A stretch of 62,898 nt of DNA, counting the filler, from Octopus bimaculoides (lineage: Eukaryota): NCBI RefSeq assembly GCF_001194135.2. It is 4 parts of 4 records of this genome, joined end to end, with 100 filler letters (N's around TTAATTAATTAA, not from the genome) between each part and the next. Parts side by side here need not be neighbours in the genome. Positions count along the whole stretch, not along the records: positions 1 to 21,345 come from NW_026333608.1; 3 more parts are not named here. One strand, written 5' to 3'. Positions 1 to 11,555 of the stretch are shown piece after piece (within the stretch, counting starts at the first letter, position 1; every line of letters starts with the position of its first letter). The position numbers and the translations under genes are program-made. Below the pieces are notes generated by a model. It ran no database searches. It had not been told where the DNA came from and worked only from the letters and a program-made list of their open reading frames with translations.

Positions 1-200
1 GTTTTCGTGCGGGTGACACGTAAAAGCACCCACTACACTCTCTGAGTGGTTGGCGTTAGGAAGGGCATCCAGCTGTAGAAACTCTGCCAAATTAGATTGG
101 AGCCTGGTGTTGCCATCCGGTTTCACCAGTCCTCAGTCAAATCGTCCAACCCATGCTAGCATGGAAAGCGGACGTTAAACAACGACGATGATGATGATGA
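1..200 (+). mobile_element. SINE 3' part, family B (tail catgctagcatggaaagcggacgttaaac followed by (GAT)n; RTE-like tail)
   Basis: Same sequence recurs at about 1990-2150(-), 3862-4140(-), 6800-6915(-), 18848-19230(-), 19255-19410(+) and 44112-44330(-), usually ending in a (GAT)n/(ATC)n tail. Confidence 0.75.
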
Positions 201-208
201 TATATACA

Positions 209-697
209 CCGTAAATCCTCGAGTATAGTCCGCCCTTGAGTATAATACGCAAGGGATTTTTAGGGGCCTGTACCTCTGAAAAAGCTAAACCTTGTGTATA
301 ATACGCACTCCTTCTCTAACTTGAGTCCAGGAGGTCTATATAACGTCCTTGGTTTGTAAACGTATATATGGTGACGTCCTTTATTATTATTGTATATATA
401 ACATAATGCAAATGTGTAGTTTTTTTGTGCACTTTTTTTGCAGAAAATAAAGAAATAACAGTAATAACATCAGGGAAAATAAATATTAAGTAAATTGCCT
501 TTACATATTTATCACTATCAGTTACAAGCCTGACATCATAAAATGCGTCTGAATAAACATTGCCGGACAGCAAATAGAGACTCGGACATTGCTTAGAAAA
601 TATTTTTCATTTTTAACCTCGTATATAGTACGCACAAAAGGGATTTTGACCTTTAAATTTTGGGGGGAAAATGCGGATTATACTCGAGGATTTACAA
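209..697. mobile_element. Non-autonomous Tc1/mariner-pogo-type TIR element (MITE)
   Basis: Left ccgtaaatcctcgagtatagtccgc (209-233) is the near reverse complement of right gcggattatactcgaggatttac (673-695); TA follows at 698-699; no intact transposase. Confidence 0.75.
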
Positions 698-849
698 TAT
701 ATAAGAGAATACAAAAAAATGGGACAAGAATGCAACAGGCGACAACAAGACATCCAGACGGTTAGATGATTCAAAAAGGGACAAGAAAAAACAAGGATGG
801 GTCATTTGGAGTTTTCTTTCGTCAGTCAAGTTCCAGATTATCTTTGCAG

Positions 850-1425
850 GCAAAATGCTTAGCGGGTATTTTGTCTGCAGTTACGTTGAGTTCAAATTTC
901 GCCGAGGTTGACTTTTCTTTTCATCCTTTTGGGGTCGATAAATTAAGTACCAGTCAAGTACTGGAGTCGATGTGATCAACTATCCCTCACCCAACAAATT
1001 TCAGGCCCTGTGCCTTACCATGAAGCATTTCGCCCAGCGTGCTATTTCATCTGCCACTACATTCAGAGTTCAAATTCCGCCGAGGTCAACTTTGCCTTTC
1101 ATTCTTTCAGGATCGATAAATTAAGTACCAGTCAAGTACTGGGGTCGATGTGATCAACTATCCCTCTCTCCACAAATTTCAGGCCATGTGCCTATAGTAG
1201 AAAAGTTTATCATTAAGGTGGTGAGCAGGCAGAATCGGTAGCACGCTGGGCGAAACGCTTTGTGGTATTTCATCTACCACTACATTCCGAGTTCAAATTC
1301 CGCAGAGGTTAACTTTGCCTTTCATCCTTCCGAGGTTAATTAAATAAGTACCAGTTACGTACTGGGGATCGATGTAATCGACTTAATCCCTTCCCCAAAA
1401 TTTGAAGCCTTGTGCTTCCAGTAAA
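850..1425 (+). mobile_element. Three head-to-tail copies of SINE family C (core gaggtcgactttgcctttcatcctttcggggtcgataaattaagtacc, Meta/MESC-like central domain)
   Basis: Core repeated at about 903, 1081 and 1304; the third copy keeps a tRNA-like head (ggtggtgagcaggcagaatcggtagcacg). Other copies at 13255-13430(-), 25530-25730(+), 47700-48630, 50480-50870(-) and 51640-52240(-). The domain name is from recall, not a search. Confidence 0.75.
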
Positions 1426-1624
1426 AAGAATTGTTTTAATGTCTATATTTTTCCATTCTTGCATCAGAGGGAATTGGTCAAAAGAGGTTTTCTTTGGCCG
1501 ATTGCTCTTTCTGTCCCCAAACACAACACCATTTCCCATGGCTGGACAGGTTTTCACGAAATACCAAGTTTCAAATTTTGACACAGGGCCAGCAATTTCG
1601 GGCAANNNNNNNNNNATTTGAACT

Positions 1625-1955
1625 TTACTCTCTCTTTTACTCGTTTCAGTCTTTTGACTGGGGCCATGCTGGAGCACTGCCTTTAGTCGAGCAAATCGAC
1701 TCCAGGACTTATTCTTTGGAAGCCTAGTACTTATTCTATAGGTCTCTTTTGCTGAACCGCTAAGTTATGGGGACGTAAACACACCAGCATCGGTTGTCAA
1801 GCAATGCTAGGGGGGGGGGGAACAAACACACACACACACATATATACAACAGGCTTCTTTCAGTTTCCATCTACCAAATCCACTCACAAGGCTTTGATCG
1901 GCCCGAGGCTATAGTAGAAGACACTTGCCCAAGGTGGGACTGAATCCAGAACCAT
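1625..1955 (-). mobile_element. tRNA-derived SINE, family A (most abundant family in the window)
   Basis: Conserved blocks ggcaccttgggcaagtgtcttctactatagcc, gtggatttggtagacggaaactgaaagaagccc and ctccagcatggccgcagtcaaatgactgaaacaag. Copies or fragments at 2520-2670, 3735-3850, 4300-4460, 6045-6300, 6395-6745, 13740-14000, 39748-40045, 42450-42670, 44365-44780 and 54790-55115. Confidence 0.8.
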
Positions 1956-2687
1956 ACATATATATGTGTTCATCGTCCATGGTGGTATGGGTTGTACAGT
2001 TTGACCAAGTTGAAATCCGATTTGGCATGGTTTCTACGGCTGGATGCCCTTCCTGGCGTTAACCACCCCAAGAGTGTAATGGGTGCTATTACATGCCAGC
2101 TGCATGACACCAGTATCTGTCATGACAATGATTTCCCTTGGCTTGAAGGGTCGTGTGTGTGTGTATGTGTGTCCACAACTGCTTAACAAGTTGAAGCACC
2201 AAGCCAGTGCAGCATTATCCGAACAGCCCAAAGTAAGGTGAATAAAATCAAAATAAACAACAGGATATCATGAAGTGATACAGTAAAGTTATATTAATGT
2301 GTCCAACTGATTAAAATTCTATTTATGCAACTGATGATAGCCCTGCATTTAAATTGATGTAATGATTGCGTTATTCAATTAAATGAAGCCACTTGAAACG
2401 GCCGTACTGCATCACTTCTTGATATCCTATTGCTTATTTGGATTATATATATGTATATATATGGGAGAATATACAAATAATAACAACAGACGAGGACAGG
2501 TGGTGTAAATAAAAGGATATATATGATGGGCTTCTTTCAGTTTCTATCTACAAAATCCACCCACAAACTTTGGTGACCCTGGGGCAATAGAAGGTCCCAA
2601 TGTATCATCCAATAGGAGTGAACCTGAAACCACGTGTGCGTGAAGCAATGTTTCTAACCCCACAGCCACACCAGCTTCTGACCCTTA

Positions 2688-2732
<45 letters not shown>

Positions 2733-2967
2733 TCTGTTCCCTCATCAGTTCCTGGCCCTTACAAGGCTCTGTTATGACCTTGAGCTTATGTATCAACAAA
2801 ACAATGACCCCCTTCACCAGCTCAACTGACCCTTACAAAATCCCAAGTTCCCATCCTGACCGTGTCTATAAAACTATGGCCTCTTCCCATGACCAGCTCC
2901 AGTCCCTTACAAAGCTCCCAGGTTCCAGCCCCTGTGTCTAAAACAGTAAATATGAAACGAGAGATAC

Positions 2968-3089
2968 CATTTCCTCGTAGGTTTCCTTGTAGGTGTCCAA
3001 GTGGCCCATAATGCTGGTGTGTTCCTCGTTATATTCGGCGATCTTCTTACGATAAAACTCTAGAAGTTCTCTGGATGGTCTTAGTTGGC
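2968..3089 (-). CDS. CCDC77: CCDC77 homologue, internal coding exon (S-QLRPSRELLEFYRKKIAEYNEEHTSIMGHLDTYKETYEEM)
   Basis: Acceptor tcctctgcag (AG at 3091-3090), donor gtatct at 2967; 122 bp, phase 1 to 0. Peptide matches the recalled CCDC77 N-terminal block [39 protein letters not shown]. Confidence 0.85.
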
Positions 3090-3489
3090 CTGCAGAGGAA
3101 ATTGAACGGGAGACAATAAATGAAGGAGGCGGATAGGTAGGTGCGAGATGGTTGGAGGGGCTGAGAGAGGAAAGAAGAGGAGAGAAGCCCATCCATATCC
3201 ACACACACACACACACAAACAGGATGTTGGAAAATTTCCTTGGTGTTATTTATTCATCATTATATATGTCTTATTTGCAAACCCAGGGTTCAGCAGACTG
3301 GGGTAAATTACCCCCAAACGGAGTAAAAATGAACTTCTTGGCGGGTAATGAGGATTCATTAGATGTAAGTAAAATTACAACGTGTTCCTTGTTACGACGG
3401 AATTTTTTTTTCTAGTAACACTGCATCTGTCCAATGTAACAGACATGTTTAGGAGACATCATGTCATTTTGAACTACAATTTCATCACT

Positions 3490-3735
3490 AAGTTGCCCAT
3501 TACCCTAATTTTTTGATACACGTGTCAAAGTTGTCCATTACCCTCATTTTTGACAAGTGTCAAAGTTGTCCCTTACCCTTATTTTTTGACACGTCAAAGT
3601 TGTCCATTACCCATATTTTTTGACATGTGTCATATTTGTCCATTACTCTTATTTTTTTGACACATATCACAAAGTTGGCTTGACCTTATTTTTTGACAAA
3701 TGTGTCAAAGTTGTCAGTCTTATTTTTTGACAGGT
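3490..3735. repeat. About 35-bp minisatellite (~7 degenerate units) in the CCDC77 intron
   Basis: Unit approximately ttttttgacacgtgtcaaagttgtccattaccctta, repeated in tandem. Confidence 0.85.
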
Positions 3736-4681
3736 GCCAGGTTCAGTCTTGTGTGGCCCCTTGGGCAAGTATCTTCTACTCTAGCTTCAGGCCAACCAAA
3801 GCATTCTGAGTGGACTTGGTAGACAGAAACTAAAAGAAGCCCATCATGTATGTGTATATATCATCATTATTTAAGGTCCACCTTCCATGCTGGCATGGGT
3901 GGAACGGTTTTATGAGCCAGACAGGCAGAAGCCTGCACCAGACCTCTGTAACTGTCTTGGCAAGCTGGATTCCCTGCCAAACACAGCCGAATGGACTTAG
4001 TACCTTTTGCGTGGCACAAGCTCAGGCGAGGTCAGTTCTTGGAAAGGATTTTACAGCTGGATGCCCTTCCAAACGCCAGCCACTTTACAGTGTGGACTGG
4101 GTGCTTTCAAGTGGTACCTGCACTGACAGGGCCACCAAGAACTTGCAAGATGAAAAGAAAAACAAAAGAAAAACCCTTATGAGAGGGGAAGGGGGCGATC
4201 CCATGTTGGATGTACATGTATATAAATGTGTGCGTGTTCCCATCATATATATATATATATATACATACATATATATATATGTATGTATGCATGTATAAAT
4301 AACTGTGTGTGTGTGTGTTAGTACCCACCACCACCACCGTTTGAAAACTGATGTTGGTATATTTATGTGCATGTAAATCAGCAGTACAGCAGAAAAGACC
4401 AATAAAACTTCTTCAAGCTGGTGACCCAGCATGGCCGCAGTCAAATGGCTGAAACAATATATATATATATATATATACATACACACACACATAAATATAT
4501 TAAATGATATATATACACAGAGTTATTTCCCTTTGCAAGATTTAGTTTTCCTGTGTACCGTGTGGGTTTAAAATCAGGCTTGGGGTANNNNNNNNNNACA
4601 AGAGGAACGGGAAATAGGGACAGGCTGAAGTGATGCGATAAAAAAGGGAATAAAATTACAAGAAAAACAGCATCTACTTAC

Positions 4682-5466
4682 TAAGTCTTTCGTCAATACT
4701 TGGTAATGGGTGACTAGGAGGGGTGGCCGCACTTGCTTTGTTGTTGGGTTGTCTGCTGCTCTTTGTCACCTCCCGACTTGCTCCTCGTTCAATGACATCT
4801 TCATCTCCACTAGCCACAGCAGGATCCACATTCTTCTTGCGAATCGTTACCATATTTGTCTTAACTGCTCTTTCGCCCTTCTTTCTCTCCTCTGCTGATA
4901 ACCCTCCCCTTTTTGATTTCTTCGTCTCCTTGTCTTTCACGTCCTCCCTCAATTTACTCGTCTTTGTCCCCTTGCCTTCTTTTGTCATCGCTTTTTGTGG
5001 CACCGTCATTTGTCTGCTGTCCGCAGCTCGGGTCAACTGACCGTGGATATTGCCATCTAGGTCCGCCAGGAAGCGGCGATGCTGTCGAGAGGGTAATGTA
5101 TGCACGGTGACCTTTTTTGAAGGCCCTGTCCTGCCAAGAAGCAGGTCAAGCTCTCGTCTCATACAAACAATATCATTGTCCTCATCAGCATCATCAACAT
5201 TGTCATTATAATCTACGCCATCACCTTCACCATCATCCCCAGGGTGGTAGTGGCGATGGTCAGGATGATGGTCAATGATGTCTGTAGCACCATTGTCAAG
5301 GTGACCCAGTTTATCTTGACAGTCGGGGTCCTGCTTGTCCCCTAATCCACTGCCATAATTTTCCTTCTCCCAGTCGTCGTCGTCATCATCTACCACAAGA
5401 GCGTTTGAAGATTTGTTCAAGTACACAAGAGGGTTTTGGAGCATTTTCACAGCATAATCTTGGTCT
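4682..5466 (-). CDS. CCDC77: CCDC77 homologue, long upstream coding exon ending in PLPSIDERL
   Basis: Open frame of about 261 codons. Donor A|gtaagtag at 4681 is phase 1 and matches the phase-1 acceptor at 3089. PLPSIDERL aligns with recalled CCDC77 PLPSPEDRL. The 5' boundary is inferred from the acceptor ctcattgcag (5468-5467); alternatively translation starts at ATG 5444. Confidence 0.7.
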
Positions 5467-5962
5467 CTGCAATGAGAGCAACAACAACAACAACAACAGT
5501 ATTTTTGTACAGGAACAAAGGTAATGGGGGTGATCCAGTAAATTCATNNNNNNNNNNNNNNNNNNNNNNNNNNNNNNNNNNNNNNNNNNNNNNNNNNNNN
5601 NNNNNNNNNNNNNNNNNNNNNNNNNNNNNNNNNNNNNNNNNNNNNNNNNNNNNNNNNNNNNNNNNNNNNNNNNNNNNNNNNNNNNNNNNNNNNNNNNNNN
5701 NNNNNNNNNNNNNNNNNNNNNNNNNNNNNNNNNNNNNNNNNNNNNNNNNNNNNNNNNNNNNNNNNNNNNNNNNNNNNNNNNNNNNNNNNNNNNNNNNNNN
5801 NNNNNNNNNNNNNNNNNNNNNNNNNNNNNNNNNNNNNNNNNNNNNNNNNNNNNNNNNNNNNNNNNNNNNNNNNNNNNNNNNNNNNNNNNNNNNNNNNNNN
5901 NNNNNNNNNNNNNNNNNNNNNNNNNNNNNNNNNNNNNNNNNNNNNNNNNNNNNNNNNNNNNN

Positions 5963-6035
5963 GCCCCTTAACTGTTTCCGACTCCCAGCCACCCCTTAAC
6001 TGTTTCCGACTCCCAGCCACCCCTTAACTGCTTCT
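5963..6035. repeat. 28-bp tandem repeat running into an assembly gap
   Basis: ccccttaactgtttccgactcccagcca x ~2.5 directly right of the 5548-5962 N-gap. Confidence 0.8.
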
Positions 6036-7194
6036 GACTCCACAATCCCTACGGGGACATAAGCACACCAGCATTGGTTGTCAAGCGATGTTGGGGAGAC
6101 AAATACAGACACACACATATATATATACATATATACGACGGGCTTCTTTCTGTTTCCGTCTACCAAATCGACTCAGAAGATTTTAGTTGGCCCGAGGGTA
6201 TAGTAGAAGACACTTGCCCAAGGTGCCACACAATGAGACTGAACCTAGAACCATGTGGTTTGTAAGCAAGCTTCTTACCACACAGCCACTCCTGCCCCTA
6301 CATTTTGTCGGAAAGGGGGCAAAGTTTGAAATTGTATCTCTTCAAAGTCCCATACCTCAAGGGAACAGGGTAGGGACACAGAATTATTTGGGGGAATGTG
6401 ACATATTTTCCTTTCTTTTGTCACAGTCGTTAGGCTACGGCTATGCTGGGGCATCACCTTGAAGGGGTTTTACTCCAATTGGCCCCAGTACTTTTTCCTT
6501 TAATTTTTTTTTAAAGCCTGGTCGTTATTCCATTGTTCATTTTTGCATGGACGTAAACAAACCAACACCGACTGTCGAGCAGTGGAGGAGGGAGTGTAAA
6601 CACGGAAAGACATGCACACACACCCATAAAGGTCTTCCTTCAGTTTCCACCTACCAATCTACTCACAAGGCTTTGGTCGACTTGGGGCTGTAGTAGAAGA
6701 CATTTGACCAAGATGTCACGCAGTGGCACTGAACCCATGTTTCTTAACCACACAACTTATGGAGAAATTGTTTTCTAGAATCATAATTTCATAATCATCA
6801 TTTGACGTCCATTTTCCATGCTGGCATGGGTTGGACGGTTTGACGACGGCTGGTCAGTCAGAAGACCGCATCAGGCTTCACTGCCTGTTTTAGCAAGGTT
6901 TTTGCAGCTGGTTAACCCTCGTAATTTGTTGCATTAAACAGAAATATAAAAAAAAATATATTTAAAAAAAGGGACGTGTACCCTTTGAGTTTTTCGTGAG
7001 ATACGGGACTTCAAAGGATAGCTATTCCAAAACTCCATCGAAGAAAAATAAGGAAGTTTTGTCCTATGTTGCACTTAGGGGTCTGTTTGAAGAATTTCGT
7101 CTTTTTCGAAAAGGTTTTGCTCAGATCCCTACACACACACACATACATACATACATACACGGCCAAGAAAAAAAACCAGAGAAACTACCAGAAA

Positions 7195-7770
7195 AGAAAA
7201 TGGCCGCCGTTTATAAGCTCTTTGCTGTTGTGACCTACTTATGAAATAAAACAGTGTGGGGCGGGCACACACACTGTGTGCGGTCAATCGATATACTAGA
7301 AAGAGCAGTAAAATCCACTCGAAACGACAACTAAGAGAGTAAAACAAGAAAGCCATCCTAGAACCACTATTTCTGGAAGCCGTACTGGGTAGCCACGACT
7401 GGAAAGGCTTTGAGTTTAAGGTGTGGAAAGATCGCCAAGGTGCGTCTACTCAATGAAGGCTGACAATTGTTTTTTAAATAAAAAAAAAAATGCGCTGGCT
7501 CCGATGCTCCACCGACCTCAACTAACAACGACGATTTGTTTTAATAGTCGTAAGGACGAGTAATGCAAGGACAATGAAAAAGAAATGAAACAAAGAACCA
7601 TTAATAATTGACAATAGCCATAAGGGAGTAGGAAAATCTGAGCAAATGGTACAAAAATGTTTGTAGCAAAGACCTCGATATTTTATCAATAGGTTTAAGA
7701 AAATTAGCAAAGCCAAAAATTAACGACAATAAAACAAAGAATGGTAGGGGACGAAGATGGCGAAGTCACA
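7195..7770. promoter_or_regulatory. Possible promoter region with YY1-type motifs
   Basis: aaaatggccgcc (7197) and aagatggcga (7754) resemble the YY1 consensus AANATGGC(G/C); the region is locally richer in CpG and lies upstream of the minus-strand CCDC77 exons. Confidence 0.25.
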
Positions 7771-8551
7771 CAAATGTTCCCCCCAATTAACTTTATTTAC
7801 TCATAACTTTCAATCTTTTTTTGTTTTTGTTTTAATCATGAAACTTTCTATAAATACTCTTCAGGTTACGGTTATGTCGGAATTTAACATGGAAAGGTGA
7901 AAAATAAACGGGTGGGCGTACAGACGTACATACTGACACTTTCAAGTTGACATGGCTGCTTGGAATATTCCAGAAGATAACAAGGATATGAAAATGCCGT
8001 GGTCTATTTTGTTGAGTGCAATACAACATTGCAGTCAATGTGACCATCATCCAACTTGTAAAGACGTGGTTACAAAATGTTCCATACAAAATGCTAAGTT
8101 CGGTTATGTCAAAGCTGCAAATTTATCAAAACCTAATGAAGAAAAGACAACGTGTCTTTAAAGTTGCCATCATCTCATCTGAAAAGACATGGCTACTTCT
8201 AATGTTCCAGAAGCTAGTTAAAATATGAAAATATCGTATGAAATACATAGCAATAATGTGACTATCACTCCCAATTTGTAAAGACCTGGAACAGGTTAAC
8301 AGTGACATAAATTACGGAAAACAGGAATATTAGAAACTAATTTAGCAATATGGCAGTTTAGGAATGTGGTGGGGGTCCCCCCCCCTTCAGTTATGGCATC
8401 GACAGGTTAGCTTTAAATATATATGAGGACAATGGTTAAAAAATACTCCAGAAAATAAGATAGCAGCAGTTAAAGTTTGTAGATGTGTTAAGGTATTATC
8501 TCAAAACATGTTAACGTTGAACAACTGCGTTGGGTATTCAAAGCCATTATG

Positions 8552-8593
<42 letters not shown>

Positions 8594-9519
8594 AAATATT
8601 GGGGACAAAATCCAAAATTACAGGTAAAAACTCAATTAAAATCAATTTATAAAAAAATCAAAATTAAATTGAGCTTTATATATATATATATATATATGAC
8701 TAAAAATAATAGACCATGGCATATCTCGCAATTCACAAAATAACAATAATTAATGATATAATAACGAGGAAATTTTAACTTAATCAAAAATATATATAAT
8801 AACGATGAATTTATTGTTTTTTTCTTTCTGCTTCAGATGTCGGACATTTTAATATGGAGACCAAAAAAAAAAAAAGATGACCAGAATTACAAAAGACAAA
8901 GACAAGATATTATTAAACAGAAAGACACGAGTTTAATAAAAATAATAAAAGAAAAACAATTTTCAAAGAAGGATATAAAAATATTTCTGTTTGCATCTGT
9001 AATTATATTTCATGTTTTTTATTGTCAATTAATTGAGACAAGTATTTCAAAGTTTCAAAGTGAAATAATACAAAATGATGTTCTTTTTCCTTAATTAATA
9101 TGGATATTCACTTTCGTTTAGCTTGGAGTGTATTTCGTGCAATAACGAAAGCCAATATCGGATGACAGATGTGGAGAAAAGGTAAAGCAAAGAGGTGGAC
9201 AAACAAACGATGATGGAGTTTAGTTTAAAAAAACATTAAAGAGAAAGAACGATGCTTTACAATGTCGAGCAGGGATGAGAAACAGAGCAGACATTACTGT
9301 GTCGGTCGATTTTGAAAATATAAAGACATGGGAACGAAGTTTAAAAAAACCACAGCCAGAAAATAATGACACGAACGGACGGAGAAGTTAAATAGAGAAC
9401 GAGAGGAGGTGAAAGAGGGAGATGTAGAAAGATTATAATACTAATGATAGAGGTAGTTAGATAGAGATAGAAAATGGAGGGAGAGAGGGTGACATTGTTA
9501 CATTGGCGTGTATATGTCG

Positions 9520-10330
9520 GTGTTTCACACCGGGTCAGACTTGATCGAATATATGTATGATCAAACATGTTCCAGTCATGACCATCCCGTGTTTATATGT
9601 CAGGGATTATATGGCTCAATGTTTTTTAATTTTTTTTTGTTTTCATTTAAGACGATAAAATGTGATCTGAGGGAGCTCTGGCTGCTATTTCTAGCAGATC
9701 CAGTGACCACGTAGAGGCATCCTCCAATGGAGTTTAGTAAAAAAAAAAAAAAGGCCAGAAATGTGAGACGGAGAGGGACATTCGCCAAGTCAGCTCTAAT
9801 CGAGCATAAAACAATGACCAAAGACATTCCAGCCGTGATCATCCTGACGTTTTTTCCCCGCCAAGAACCTTTCCTTTCTTTTTAAAAACAATAGGGACGT
9901 GATTTGACTGCTGTTTCTTACTGAACAAACAACCACTTAGACGCCTCGATGTTGTTTATCCGAAGCTCAGCCACCAGCGAGCAAACACCTAAGTTCAAAG
10001 GCGCTCCAGATATGACCATCACTAGCTGTTGTTCAACATAGAAAATCTAGGACTGTATAATATATCCTCGTTTAAGACAATAGAGTCCAGTTTGTGACGG
10101 TTTTGGTCGTTATTTCTCGCAAAACGTGCAACCATATAGAGACTTACTTACTCGTTCTTTAACCCCAGGTCGGTCTTGATTGATCAAAGGCGCACCAACC
10201 GTGACTAACCTGGGTTGTTTCAATTTCTTTTTTTTTTTAAATAGTATTTCTAGGACTACATTATCTATTGTATTCTTCCTATTAAAAAAAAAAACACAGG
10301 GTCCCATTTGGCTGCTATTTCTAATAGAAG
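9520..10330 (-). mobile_element. Three degenerate tandem copies of a short dispersed element (motif atttggctgctatttctagcag)
   Basis: Blocks cattccagccatgaccatcc and tttggctgctatttcta recur at about 9520-9730, 9780-9930 and 10160-10330; the motif also occurs near 7295, 16963, 20103, 20430, 58765 and 59010. Confidence 0.55.
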
Positions 10331-11159
10331 CTCGCTCGTCCGCTGCAGTTTAGCCCTAATCCAGCAAAGCAGAAGTTTCGTCAATAATTAATAAATCCGT
10401 TCCTTCCNNNNNNNNNNNNNNNNNNNNNNNNNNNNNNNNNNNNNNNNNNNNNNNNNNNNNNNNNNNNNNNNNNNNNNNNNNNNNNNNNNNNNNNNNNNNN
10501 NNNNNNNNNNNNNNNNNNNNNNNNNNNNNNNNNNNNNNNNNNNNNNNNNNNNNNCATCCTTGTAAAACAGCTGGCTGCAATTTGAAGAACGCACATAGGA
10601 GAGGAACAGTGTGGACTTGGCCAGAATAAATCCCAGACAAACGTAGAAATTAATAAACTAAAAGGCAAAGAGAGAAATAGAGAGAGACCTGATAAATGGG
10701 AGGTGGAATATATATATATTTCTTTTTATAACAACAAACAGAGAGAGAGAGAGAGAGAAAAGGCGGAAGCTTGGTTTTCTTTTTTATTATCCAAACAATA
10801 AGCCAATATGGCCGCCGTTACGGGAAAATGCAAGATGGCAGCGCTTCGCTATTTCTACAGAATCTCTACTATGTTGCAGGTTTGGCTATGCGGAATATTG
10901 TAGTTAATTGTTCCTCAAACCACATACCATTGTCTTAAATATATTGTAAGCATCGTTATGTGTGTATGTATATATATATTATGCATATTGACTTGTACAA
11001 AAGAAGCGATGGTCACAAACGGATTGCATTTGGTTTGGATGTAACAACAACGTCTGCTATGGCTAGAGACAACCTTCTACGCGGCCGGTAGACCTACTGA
11101 AAAAAATTATAACAACCCTCAATTACACCTAATCTTACAGACACTACCTACATAAACAC

Positions 11160-11269
11160 ACACACACACTGTATATATATGTATGTATGTATGTATATAC
11201 GTATGTCTGTAGATACGTATGTATGTATGTATGTATATACGTATGTATGTATATATGTATATACGTATG

Positions 11270-11324
<55 letters not shown>

Positions 11325-11516
11325 GTATGTATGTATATACGTATGTATGTTTGTATATACGTATGTATGTACGTACGTACAAATACGGAACGGTCGTGGT
11401 TGGATAATCAGTGAGTTTCAAGGGCTGCTGGCGTGAATCTGTAAACAACACAGGAAATAACTGAGTTCTATATATACAGCAGCCAAAATCTGAAGAAACA
11501 AGCGATTCCAAACAAA

Positions 11517-11555
<39 letters not shown>

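Noticed and set aside
1-2960. Search for further CCDC77 exons (HKLE..LQQREEEIAELQKALSD-like block)
   Set aside because: No matching frame found by eye; the remaining exons probably lie to the left of the window.
3490-3735. Repeat with internal palindrome considered as a CRISPR array
   Set aside because: Units are contiguous without unique spacers, there are no cas genes and the context is eukaryotic.
4710-5110. Plus-strand ORFs overlapping the CCDC77 long exon, one with a signal-peptide-like start
   Set aside because: Antisense frames of a charged exon commonly read as hydrophobic; no independent support.
7293-7330. ctagaaagag...ctcgaaacg resembling a hammerhead ribozyme core
   Set aside because: The CUGANGA core is not intact and the sequence matches the dispersed ctagaaatagcagccaaat repeat family.
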